A DNA stretch of 62,452 bases, counting the filler, from Catajapyx aquilonaris (Eukaryota), in NCBI GenBank assembly GCA_000934665.2. It is 4 parts of 4 records of this genome, joined end to end, with 100 filler letters (N's around TTAATTAATTAA, not from the genome) between each part and the next. Parts side by side here need not be neighbours in the genome. Positions count along the whole stretch, not along the records: positions 31,336 to 46,837 come from JYFJ02007478.1; positions 46,938 to 62,452 come from JYFJ02007479.1; 2 more parts are not named here. One strand, 5' to 3'. The position numbers were made by a program, and so were the translations under genes. Within the stretch, counting starts at the first letter, position 1. Each line of letters starts with the position of its first letter. Of this stretch, positions 38,301-50,100 are shown one piece after another. The notes below the pieces were generated by a model. The model had not been told where the DNA came from. It searched no databases and saw nothing but the letters and a program-made list of their open reading frames with translations.

Positions 38301-41300
38301 AACTTTGGTGGTTGTAACAAGGATGCGTGTCACAACAATGTGGTGTAAGGACGTTGCTGTAGGTCAACTCTATCCACGTCATGCGCTGGACATGTGGACA
38401 TACCCACGTGAATTTATGACACACCCTGTAACTCGAAAACTGGACGTAGTAGGAGATTTTCAATGTCATTTTCGTAATCTGCAGAGAAAATCCGTTCGGA
38501 TACACATGTTTATTTCAAAACAACAGAAAAAAAGTCACAAAATGCAGATCAGTGTAATTATTGAAAACTCACATTGGCACCATTTAATAGGGCTGGCTCA
38601 CCGAAAGTTCGGCCGGCAGGTGGCATTAGTGGGCGAAAGGTTATTGTTTTTCTCTCTCTACGGGCCACATGCACGGGTCGAGAGTGGAGGGTTGCCTCTA
38701 AAAATTCATTCCGGCCAAACTGGGAGTCGTCCTGGTGTGACAGTGCCCCCATCATCGAGAGGAAATTCCGAGGATTCTGTCAATGTCCATATAAGCCGTA
38801 AATACTGGGCGGTTATTTTACTTGAGAATTTAATATCGAATATGAGGGGAAGAAGAAAAGGATAAAATTCCCCCGTAAATTAACCCGTTGTTATTTACGG
38901 CCGATATGGCCTTCGACGGAAATGTCGGAATCTCCCCTCGACGACCTGGGCACTGTCACACTCGTGCGACCGCCAGTTTGGCCGGAATGAATTTTCAGAG
39001 ACAACCCTGCACTCCCGACCCGTTGGGTTACAGCCCGCCAGATTCTCACCCTCCCAGACGCTATATGTCCCACTTTTTACCCTCATATTCGCTATTAAAT
39101 TCTCCAGTAAAATAAACCGTGGTTATTTATGGCCGATATGGACCTCGACAACGGGGGCACTGTCAAACCAGGACGACCCCTAGATTGGCCGCAATGAATT
39201 TTCAGAGGTAACCCTGCGAGTGAACCCCACTCCTCCTTGAGCCCGCGAGACGGGACAATACCAGTATTCACTCCTGATGATACTGAACTATAACCTTTCG
39301 CCCACTAGCGCCGCCCTACCGGTTAGTGCCTGAGCAAGCCCTATTCCATTCGCTTTAATTCCATGTAATAATAATAATAATATGTTTATTCCCACTGCGC
39401 CCGAAGGCATTTAATTCCATGTATGGGCTGTGTAGACCAAGACTTCAGTGGTTGTTTAGCTGTTACCATATGTTATTCCCTCTCCAGATTAAGAGATTCA
39501 AGGATGGCCTGATCCTCCCCCCAACCCCAATATGTGAACTTCAACAGGAACTCTCGCTCAACACATCCACACCAGGGAGCATATACTACATAAGAGGCGC
39601 AAACATTCGACTTCCGCGTCTCTCTGTTTGGGGCGTTGCCAAGGCTGGCGGCCATTTTAAAGTGTGGGCAACGCCAACGAGGTATAAATAGGGTACAGGC
39701 AAAAATAGGGCCCGCCATCTTTGATTCGCGCGTGTTCTTGCCATGACTGCCAAAACCATCGAAGATGGCGGACCCTATTTTTGCCTGTACCCTATTTATA
39801 CCTCGTTGGCGTTGCCCACACTTCAAAATGGCCGCCAGTTTTGGCATTGGCCCCAAACAGAGAGACTCGGAAATCAATGGTGCTGACCGAAGTTTGCGCC
39901 TCTTATGTAGTATATGCTCCCTGTCCACACTACATTCACAGCAACCTCACATTCCAAACTTCTCCCATAACAACCATCACATGATAATAATGAAGGATGT
40001 TTCAATAACAACTGAAACATTGGCCTGGCCTAGACAATCCACACTTCACCTAATGGTTTTTCGATTAAATTCCATTCTCTGCTGTGAAGAAATATTTCTG
40101 CTTGCATGCAATGCCACCCATTACCAGCAACCTCTGACTTACATAGCCTTCACTTAGGTAAAGAATTTCCAACGTGCCAAAATATTGAAGGAATTGACAG
40201 CACAATCTAGTACCGTATAAAATGCTGCAAATTGTGAGAAAAAGGGTGCAATTTTGTCATGTGGCAACTCAGACCTCCCTGCCGAGACTATTCCCTCATT
40301 TAGTTTACATGTGACAGGCATTTGCAACCTGCTTTTGGACCTCACAGGGAATTCCTTCCCGCTTGTAATGGCCTCAATTGAATTCAGTAGTGACTCCAGT
40401 AATTACGTCTACGCACAGAATAATACATTTCATAATTTTTAAAAAGGTTCTGAGTATGTAAAATTTGACTTGTAGCAGAATGATCCACACACGTAAGTCA
40501 GGGGCAGTGTGTGCTTTGTTCTACTGGAAACAGTTCCACTAACCGTCAAAATTCTTCTGGAATACTGTATATCATTACTCTCCATAAGAAGGACGCTTCT
40601 CCCAGTTTTCAACAGGTTATGAAGCACCTTTTTCACTCTGAGGGGTACAGCGAATTTTTTGTTGAACACTATGGTAAACTTGATAACTTCATATTTGGAA
40701 ATTGGGTACAAATTACTTATATGGAGCAACTCATTAAAACACATGCAGGTCATGCTATTCCACTTGACTGCTCTGCACAAAAAGCAATACTTTAGATGGC
40801 ATTAAAAAACCTGTTAGTGCCTAAAAACAATCTAATTATGGTCCATTACCTGGCCTTCTCTTTGACCAAATCTTCAATCTTCTGTTTTTTCCTGTCATTG
40901 GCCAGACGATCCCTCTCACAGGCTTCAATTCTTTCCCTCTCCAACTTCCTTCTTCGCACCATTTCATCACTTAGATGCCTGTTGCGATCAAAATCTACTC
41001 TTATGGAAGCGGCCCAAGAACCTTTCCCCACCTCATCCCTTTGCACCAGCTTGGTCCCCCTCAAGGCAGTCATGGCTTTCACAAAAGACATGTACTCTTT
41101 GTATTGAATATATCCCTCGAAGACCAGATCTTGTCCTAGGTATGTCCAGGATGTAGATCCAGCAATTGATGGTTTCATCTTGGGACGAAGGGGGTCTAAG
41201 ATGGGAATATCTACACGACGGATATCACCAAATGTTTCAAACACCTGAAAAAGAAAAAAAACAGCTGTGCGAATCATTTCTCTTTGGGAAATGCAGCATG

Positions 41301-44300
41301 TTATTAACCAGGCCTTCATGTTGCATCGAGCAATTCTCACATCAACATCCCAGAGGCAACCAGTAGACCACTGCATTCCCCAGTTGTTATTGCAACATGT
41401 TGTGACATGTTCGCATGTAACTGCTTAGCAAGCCACTGAAAATGTGAGAGTGAGCCATGTGCCATCAAGCATATTTCTGTACAAGGTCTAGGGGCAGTCT
41501 GGTTGGTAAGGTAGAAAGAATTTTATCCCTGCCATTTCCATGTTATTTAGAAACCACTTTGTGTCCTATTGTTATATGCTATAACTAAAATGGAGATTGT
41601 ACAGTTTCCCATATAATATTTCTCATAATTACAGTATTTGTATTCCAAGTGAGGGTAGCGAAAAGCATCCTTCCCAGTATTAATTTGCTCTGTGAATTGA
41701 TAATTTTTAGTGGACATTGTTCCTAATAATATTGGATGAAAAAGTGAAACACAGTTTTTCAGTATCTGTTCTCTGAGTTGGTACAACATGAGTTTGAAAC
41801 GAGTGAATTAGGTATTTTCTTGTCCTTCAAATTGCCACAGAAGTGATATGCACCTACAAGAATTATTATTTTAATTTGTACGAAAATGGTAAATGATAGC
41901 CAATTTTTGGGGCTGTGTATTGATGACCGTAAACTGATATTTAACAAAATCCATGCTTATTGTTAAGGTGACCAGACATCCCAAATTTTCACCCTTTTGT
42001 CCCAGATTTTTTCAAGGGTCATTCAGGATGCCCATTTGTCCCGGATTCGGCCAAACTGTCATGGTTAGGGCTAGTGTTGTAAAGGCCATGGAAAAATGGA
42101 TTTTTTTGAGGGAAAAAACCCACTTCCTTAATTTTTTTCGAGGAGAATTTGGGGTTTTCCAATTTTTCCCTCCCCCTCCTGGAAATTTGGCCACTCTGGG
42201 GATCTTTAATGTGCACTCGCGCAATGACACAAGCACACGGGACCGATGGCTTTACCTCCCCTCTCACTTTTCTACCACCCGGAGAAAAGTCACCGACCTC
42301 GGCCGGGTTCGAACCCACAACCTTGGGACCAGAGGCGAGCGCGCTAACCACTATAGTCCACCAAGGCGAGCCTATAGGGGTTCTACTGTAATCTTTTGTA
42401 ATAATTTGTAAATTTAGTACTATTAAACTTGAATTAGACTACTTCATCGTCAATGTTACTTTCTTTGGGGAAAAATTACCCATAAAGTTTCATACTTGAA
42501 AGAATGAGAAAAAGTATATTCTAATCACACTCACGTGGAAAACCGTTTGCTGCTACCTGTTGCAGTTGAGGCCCTGATACCCGTCAACATACTTTCTTTT
42601 CGATGATGATAAAAAATCTAAAAAGGGACCAAGAGGATGCACTATATTGAGCGCTCCGGATCGGAGGTCACTCATATCACGAAAATGGCTGCGAAGTGTG
42701 GGTTTTTACGTTCACCAGTGAATTCTACGCATGTGATTTACCCACTGAGCGATTTTTGTCCCAATCCGCTAGTGGAACGTCACGGTCTTCCCTTGTTAGT
42801 GAATGAGAAGCGTGTGAACACGTCACTTCTCATTTTTGCCTTGAAATGGTGCTTTTCTTAGCGGTTTCGGTAAGAGACACATAAAATGTAAAACCTTGCC
42901 TTGTATAAGTGGAAGTGTTACTTTGGCTATTTTGAGTGGAAAAGGACACAAATGCTTCAAATTTTTGATGTCTTTTTCGGTCAATCTCATGTAAAGAAAG
43001 TTTTAGCTGGGGTGTCCATTACTGGACCCAAAAAATGTTGATGTTCCAATTATGGACACCTCATGTCGACCATTAGACATTGAGCCATAGTCAACACCTG
43101 AGACCGCCCGATATTGGGCAGCTTAAAAAAACAAGGGATGGGGCCAAGGGGGTAACCACTTCGTGGAACCGGTGTCTATGTGGAACTGGCCTGGAACAGG
43201 CTTGGAACCAGGAACTGGTGTACACTTTTTTGGGGAGTAGTTACCTCCTTAGATGCAGGAATGTCGCGAGAATGTGGTAGGCCTACATCTGGTAACATTT
43301 CACCCTTTGGAATTGGGGCTAACCCCTGCCACCGGCCTGATTCTAATTATTGTAATGTACGAGGCGGTTCAATAAAGACTGGCACTGATTTTTTTCCCAT
43401 GGCTATGACACACACTATTGAACAAATAGGGTGCGTGCACAATGATCTGTCGAAGCTGAGTTGGCACCCACATTGACACAGTGATATTTTGAATTGTCCT
43501 CCAGAGAGGGCAGCATTACCGACCCCCCTCTCGCAAATCGCCTCCGGCAATCATGGCAGCCATCAGGGACGAGCAGTACGCGGCGCTGAAATTCTGCTTC
43601 CTCTTGAAGACGACTGCTACGGAAGCATATCATCTGTTGCAAGAAGCATTTATGGAGATTATGCCATTCCCCGTCAATCCAGAAAGCAAACAGCAAAGCA
43701 CAGTGTGGAAGTCTATACGAACTCTCCAACACCGAAAAAAGCAAAGGTGCAGGCGAGTGCAGGGAGAGTGATCCCGATATCGTTTTTTGACATTCGTGGA
43801 ATGGTATACCAACACATTGTTCCGCCGCATACCACCATTACTGGTACCTATGACGTGTCTGTGCTGAGGGCCCTCTTTAAAAAAAGATATCACCTGTTTC
43901 CCTGCACTCGCCTGCACCTTTGCTTTTTTCGGTGTTGGAGAGTTCGTATAGACTTCCACACTGTGCTTTGCTGTTTGCTTTCTGGATCGACGGGGAATGG
44001 CATAATCTCCATATGCTTCTTGCAACAGATGATATGCTTCCGTAGCAGTCTTCTTCAAGAGGAAGCAGAATTTCAGCGCCGCGTACTGCTCGTCCCTGAT
44101 GGCCGCCATGATTGCCGGAGGCGATTTGCGAGAGGGGGGTCGGTAATGCTGCCCTCTCTGGAGGACAATTCAAAATATCACTGTGTCAATGTGGGTGCCA
44201 ACTCAGCTTCGACAGATCATTGTGCACGCACCCTATTTGTTCAATAGTGTGCGTCATAGCCATGGGAAAAAAATCAGTGCCAGTCTTTATTGAACCGCCC

Positions 44301-46014
44301 TCGTATGATTATTCGGAATAAAATCTAATAACCCGACATGGCATAAAACCTACCCTACCCTTCCCTGATGATATTGACACAATAGCAGTAAATACGGTAT
44401 ACGGAGGGTGTCCATTACTGGGGCATGAGTGGTGTCCATAACTAGAACAGCCATCATTTTGGGTGTCCATTACTGGAGCATTTGCACACTTGCCTATAAA
44501 AGATTTTTACGCAAAATTAGCCTGTTTAATGTGGCACGAGTATGCATAGGATAAAAGTGCAAGTCTTGACGATTCGATTCTATATTTTTGTCGAGGAATT
44601 CTTAAACCAATTCACCTGGAAAGAGTGCCCTACATAAATTTTTCCCCTAAAGTGACCATCACTGGGACACTTGCCTTAGTACACTTGTTCAACATTTTTG
44701 AGGCATCTCAAATTTGGAGCCTGGAAATCTGGTCACCTTATTATTGTACAATATGGCAATGCCTCAATGGGGTATTGTAACACTGGGGAAAAATGAATGT
44801 GTGCATGCTAATTTCATTGAAGCTTTCGTGAACATTGTGCAGCTCAAAAATGGGCATCATCTATTATTACAATTATTATAATTATTTCTTTGTTTATTTT
44901 TAGTAATACCCTGTGATAAGGCCAGGGGCCCTCTTGGGGGGGGGGGAGGGGAAGGTCCCCAGGGGAGGGCGCTCTTAATTCGTTTTTAGTCATTTCTGAC
45001 CCTCTTAAATACCAGACCTTTTCTCTTGGCCCTGGGCAGAGAATGGAGTGCAATTCTGTCCAGACATGTTGGGTAAAAAACGGAAAAAGACCCGACCAAG
45101 CAGAGGTGACAGGGGACGGGATTTGAACCCCGGACCTCCCGCTTGGCTGGCCAGTAGCATAGGCACTAGACCACCATGCTCCCCCATCATCTACAATTTC
45201 CATAAGTTAAATTAAAATTCTAGAAGTTTCTTTCCTAGCCATTTCTGTGGCCATTTCAAGCATGACATAATATATTGTAAATTTGCAAGTTTTAAGCTCA
45301 TGTTTTCACAACACAAAGAACAGAAACTGAAAACTGAGTTTAATTTTTTCACTAGATATTATTTGGAACAACATCAACTAAAAGTTATTAAATTACAGCA
45401 AAAATCTATTCTGGAAGAGATGCTTGATGACAAATCACATTGCATCTGAGAAGCTAGTGTTCAAGTGCCAAACTAACCTTCCTAAAGATGTACTCGCTTG
45501 GCTTTGCAGTCCCATCATTCAATTGGCGCCTGTCAGCAAACCATCGGCATGGCAAATTGAACACATGGACAGTGTCTGGCCTCTCTCCTGGTCTCATCTC
45601 ATTCATGGACTTCGCATCTCTGAAGTATGAGTCCCAGTCATGTCTTGACGGAGAAGTATGCTTGTGCTCTGCTGCCCTCACTTTCAGAGGCTCTGGAAAC
45701 CCAGGCAATTTGATGGTCTTCTGTTCTAAGCGTGCCAAGAGTGACTTGAGGCGTGTCTTGTTGTCTGCTTCAGCCTCAAATCGAATGAATTCAAGTGTCC
45801 CTTTAATGACCTTTAGCGATGTGAACTCCTCTGGGGCTGCAACTTTCTTGAGCCGTTCAATCACTTCCCAGCTGCCCACAGTCTTCCCACTCGTCTTCAG
45901 TTGTGGCAACTGGACGGATATGTGTAGAGATGATATGGGCTTGAGATAAAGTCGATGTGGTGGAAAAAGGTCCATGGCATCGCTGCTGTCCTTGCAATGC
46001 TGTATTACACTCAT
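35350..46014 (-). CDS. AKAP17A: A-kinase anchor protein 17A (splicing factor SFRS17A) homolog, 3 coding exons, ~491 aa
   Basis: Exons 46014-45478, 41244-40850, 35893-35350 (GT-AG, 1476 nt in frame). LYLKPI...ISVQLPQLK..GKT...WEVIERLK, IRFEAE, RHDWDSYFRDAKSMNEMRPGERPDT and VFETFGDIRRVDIP.LDP.R match AKAP17A. An acceptor at ~46056 implies an upstream 5'-UTR exon. Confidence 0.93.
37545..38525. mobile_element. Fold-back element with ~460-bp diverged inverted arms
   Basis: 37545-38005 mirrors 38048-38525 (mirror ORFs 37529- and 38305+); termini and TSD not resolved. Confidence 0.8.
38590..39341. mobile_element. Fold-back element with internal ~220-bp tandem duplication
   Basis: TA|GGGCTGGCTCA...TAGTGGGCGAAAGGTTAT is mirrored by ATAACCTTTCGCCCACTAG...TGAGCAAGCCC|TA; 38885-39010 is repeated at 39116-39216. 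Confidence 0.7.
39573..39923. mobile_element. Palindromic MITE, P-element-like
   Basis: Perfect 31-bp TIR CAGGGAGCATATACTACATAAGAGGCGCAAA; 7-bp TSD TCCACAC (39566-39572, 39924-39930); arms pair nearly to the centre. Confidence 0.8.
42180..42372 (-). mobile_element. tRNA-derived SINE family C with Deu/Nin-like core
   Basis: Minus strand AGTGGTTAGCGCGCTCGCCT...GGTTCGAACCCGGCC, then GTAAAGCCATCGGTCCCGTG...GTGCACATTAAAGATCCCCAG; 3' boundary uncertain. Confidence 0.7.
43360..44303. mobile_element. mariner fold-back derivative made of two inverted 5' ends
   Basis: TA|CGAGG(G)CGGTTCAATAAAGACTGGCACTG TIRs with ~405-bp arms. Each arm encodes the Mos1-type HTH N-terminus MAAIRDEQYAALKFCFLLKKTATEAYHLLQEAYGD and SPTPKKAKVQASAG; the left arm continues to FFDIRG...HTTITG. 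Confidence 0.9.
44864..45184 (-). mobile_element. tRNA-derived SINE family E
   Basis: Minus strand GGGGAGCATGGTGGTCTAGTG...GGTTCAAATCCC with an AT-rich tail; TSD CATCATCTA at 44855-44863 and 45185-45193. Confidence 0.75.
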
Positions 46015-46251
46015 AGTGCTCTCTAACTTCGACTCACAAATCAAGGCTTTAAAGGCCTGAAAGTACATAAAAACAACATAACACAAATGATAATAAGGGT
46101 ACTCTTAGTTCTAAATTTCTCACATGACTAAAATGAAGAATTTTATAGAGCACTGATCTAATGCTCATAGATAAGCTGATACATTACCATGAAACCCAAG
46201 GGCTGAAGGCCATCCATGCATGACTGTAGGGATGATTCATAAGCACTAGAA

Positions 46252-46537
46252 CAGTGGTTCCCAACATGGGGGTCGCAACCCCCCAAGGGGGCCATGGAGC
46301 AGGTCCAGGGGGGCTGTGAGAGGTCGCGGTTATTTTTATAAAATAAAAAATAACAAAAAGAAATAAATTAATAAAATTAATTTTACAGGAAATTTCATCA
46401 CGAAGGTTTTTTCAACATCTACTAACACTCGGGCAGGGGAGGAGGGGGGGAGGGGGGGGGGGGGTNGGGGGGGGGGTCGCAGGTTACTTGACTATCATAA
46501 AAGGGGATCACGACTTGGAAAAGGTTGGGAACCACTG
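46252..46537. mobile_element. hAT/Charlie-like MITE
   Basis: TIRs CAGTGGTTCCCAAC / GTTGGGAACCACTG; perfect 8-bp TSD CACTAGAA. Confidence 0.88.
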
Positions 46538-46837
46538 CACTAGAAGGATTTACTTTGCACTTTCACATGTCTACTGACACTATGGGTACCATTCAGTGAC
46601 ATATTACCAATTAGGCCCAGTAGGCACGTGCCTAGGGTGGCAAATTTTAGGGGGCGGCAAAATTTGCCGCCCTAGAGTCAAGATAATTTTCTCCTCGATA
46701 AAATTTTGACGCGTGCGAAAATGTACTGTATGCAAGACTTTATGGCGTCACCGTATTCATGTACCGCCCCAAGATGAATCGCCAGATGCTCGAGACCAGT
46801 AAGGCGAGAGTCGCGTGCAACCCCCCCCCCCCCCCCC

Positions 46838-46937
46838 NNNNNNNNNNNNNNNNNNNNNNNNNNNNNNNNNNNNNNNNNNNNTTAATTAATTAANNNNNNN
46901 NNNNNNNNNNNNNNNNNNNNNNNNNNNNNNNNNNNNN
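46838..46937. other. Assembly gap/linker (44 N + TTAATTAATTAA + 44 N)
   Basis: Seen directly. Confidence 0.97.
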
Positions 46938-47141
46938 TTGTTGGGCACAAGGTGCCGCTTTGAAACCGCCATACTTCCAGTGTGAATTGCTACATAATTC
47001 TGCAATGGGTTTTCACATTACCTCTAGCTTATGTCTTTGCATAACTTTTTTCATTCAATGAGGGTCAAGCCACAACACACTTCCATCAAAATAATCTCAT
47101 CAGTTGAGGTGGAATGATGGAGGATTATTATTAATATTTAC

Positions 47142-50100
47142 CGTTCAGAAATGTCCTGTGGGATTTTGAGGTCTGTGGAATTCTTTCCAATGAGTCTGAC
47201 TTGGGAAGCACATCTGTGGGATTGGAAAACTTCCTTGGCCAAGGCAGTCATTGATGGAGATCTCTCACATGCATACACTCGACGAGCCAAGGCATCAGCA
47301 GCATATAAGCTGAAAAGAGCAGTGATATAGACCATTGAGAAAACGATATAATTTCGCACTAACAGCTTGGCAACTCAGGTAAGAAAAGTTCATTTCAAAA
47401 AAGTAATCTAAAATTTTACTGGAAAACAGTAAAATAAGAATAATAAATACTGTAATAAATACACAACTTCCTTGTTTGACCACCCTGCATAATTTTCATA
47501 GGTACAATTGATGTCACTTTTTAAATGCCATATGAACAAATTGACTTTTTTGATGAACTACTCTTCAATAAATAAAGTGACTACTTTAAAATCCTAAGCA
47601 GCTTCCTACCATTTTTGAGCACACTGAACTGCCAAATCAACACTTCTTGCAATCTACTTCACATGCTTCTTCCGGTAAGTACAGTAAAACTTCTACAAGT
47701 ATAAGTCGAATCTCCATGGGACCGGAAAAAAACTTCGAATTATAGAAGATTCGCGTTAGAGAAGTTTGGAGTTTTTTAAAGCACCTAACTCTATAAAGAA
47801 GGCTACCTTTATATCCAGTGACGAAAGGTGTTCAAAACTTAAAAATTACTGTCACAATCACACTTACAATGTTCCTCGTTGTTTTGTTGTAAAAAAAATC
47901 TCAGTTATGGACATTTGCCTACTCTTATATTCAAGGATTCAATTGTCACAATAGAGTCAAACACTTCTTTCGGTAAGTCTGGTAGATGGACATCAGGGAA
48001 TTGAGCCTTTCTGTACATGTGGCCTACTCTCGACCTTTCGGCTGGGAATTGAGACAATTTTCCATACTCGCCAACATGAACTTCGACTTAGGGAGACTGA
48101 AAATGCATCAATATTCCATCGTTAGGCCCTGCCAGCACATCGAGTTATGGAGAACTTCAAGTTATAGAAATTCGAGTTGTGGAAGTTTATTTCCCATTAT
48201 TTTACATTGTGACCAACCAAGCTCATCATTTTCTTCGACTTATAGAGAACTTCGACTTAGGAAAGTTCGACTTGTAGAAGTTTTACTGTAGGTCCTACTC
48301 AAAATTTCCCCCCCTCTCCTTTAGCCTTATGGGGATTTAGGTTGTTTCTAGTTCCATCCCAGGTTGGATTTCTGTTACACTAACCACCCAAGGGAACTCA
48401 CAAGAAAGCCCTCCTTTGACATAGAACTTGCACATAGACCTCCCCTCCCAGAAACTCATCCCTCCTGGCTATTATACAGGGTTCGGAAATTTAACCTACC
48501 ATCACTTTGGGAATTGATAGATGGTTTCTAGGCAATCACTTTTAGTACATGCAACATGGGTCTCTGATGCATAGTTACAGAGATAATGTGCTTCAAACAA
48601 AAGTTGTAAAATATCCTGGCACGTATGCGTCCCTCCGCGCGACCTTACTTTTTTCATTTAAATTTAAGGTTTTACCATGTAATTAATTTTAATTTACGTT
48701 CCTGTTAGGTGTATCAGGGAATGTCCTAGGCAATGGAAGTGTCGTAAGCAGTATCCAAAACCTATAAGTTGGGATAATGCAGTTTTAATGCTAATTATCT
48801 CAGTAACTATGCGTCGAAGACCCATGTTGCATGTACTCAAAGTGATTGCCTAGAACCCCTCTATCATTTCCCAAAGCGACGGTAGATTAAATTTACAAAC
48901 CCTGTATGAAAGATTTCAATATGTAATACAACGTAATCAAGGCCTGTGGGATATACAGTAGAACCCTGATCGTCAACCATGGGACAGGGGCATCGTCGGA
49001 TAACCAAAATGGTCGAATAATCTGAGAAGCAAAGGAAATTTTAATGAAACACAAGAAAAAACATGTGAAATAATGAAATAATGTACAACGTACTATGGTA
49101 TGGGGAACTATCCTTGGTCTGGGATTTGGGATTTTCGTTCATAACTAGCTAGCCCATGCCTGTAAACATACTGTACATTCCATCACTCCGTTGTATCAAA
49201 ATGACATTACTGGATAAATTACGCCATATTTAAAAGTGCCTTCAAAATTGGCGGGAAAAACGGGGCAGCCGGGTGGTGCCAATCGAAAGGGTACACTGAA
49301 ATGCCTGGTTGACTGCGAGATATGAGGAATTTGACTTTGAATTAACCGCGGACACGACGGAAAGCATTCGCAAGGTGGCTGTAGGCCATCGAGGTGGAGA
49401 AGGGAGGCCTTCATGTGCCTAATTCGGGTGACAGATATTTCCGAGCTGGTGGCATCACTGCCACGCACGAAGCGGTTTGAGCGGCTTAGAGTAAAAACTC
49501 GCCCGTTACCTGGCAACTAAGTAAACACTTGGACTGCTAAAATGTCCAGCCGGGTCCAGCACAGTACAACGAATTATTTTACGACCATGCTGGGGCGCGT
49601 TCTATAACATCATTTTTGCTTCGCGTGACGTCAACATTTTCGAGGAAAACAGTGAAGTCACCATTTTCCTTCGGAAAAACCCAAATTACTCCGGAACTGA
49701 AACTGATTTCTTAAAACAGAATATGCCAAAAAAATCCAAAAAATATGGGCGAATTTATTATGTAGTTTCCAAAATGAAGGCTAGTTCCCCATTCTCAAAA
49801 ATAGTGAAGTATTTATCTTTTACATACACACTCTGCTGTTTAAAATGTATCTAAGGCAATACAAAACAAATGCTTAGTAGGCCTGCATTAGTGTTCAATG
49901 AGAAAACACATTTATTGCTGAAGCGGGACGATCGGATAAACCAAGGAGTCGGATAGTAATCGGTGTTCTACTGCACTCGACAAAGGTGACAGCTGTGCCT
50001 GAATCATTATTATTATTATATTATTACCCTTACCTGAGAATACCTGTCCCTGTTCCAATGTCCAGAACTACATCATAACCTTCCCTAACCTTCTTGATGA

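Larger units (their letters stand above)
41964..44740. mobile_element. hAT-type element enclosing nested insertions
   Basis: TIRs TAAGGTGACCAGA / TCTGGTCACCTTA flanked by TTATTGT on both sides. Confidence 0.6.

Noticed and set aside
39274..39300. CTGATGA hammerhead core candidates (also 44365)
   Set aside because: No appropriately placed GAAA or flanking stems.
40160..40795. Plus-strand broken reading frames in AKAP17A intron 2
   Set aside because: Possibly an old coding relic, but no recognisable motif and several stops.
43489..44247. 252-aa ORF
   Set aside because: Read-through across a mariner palindrome mixing frames and antisense sequence; no intact DD34D catalytic domain.
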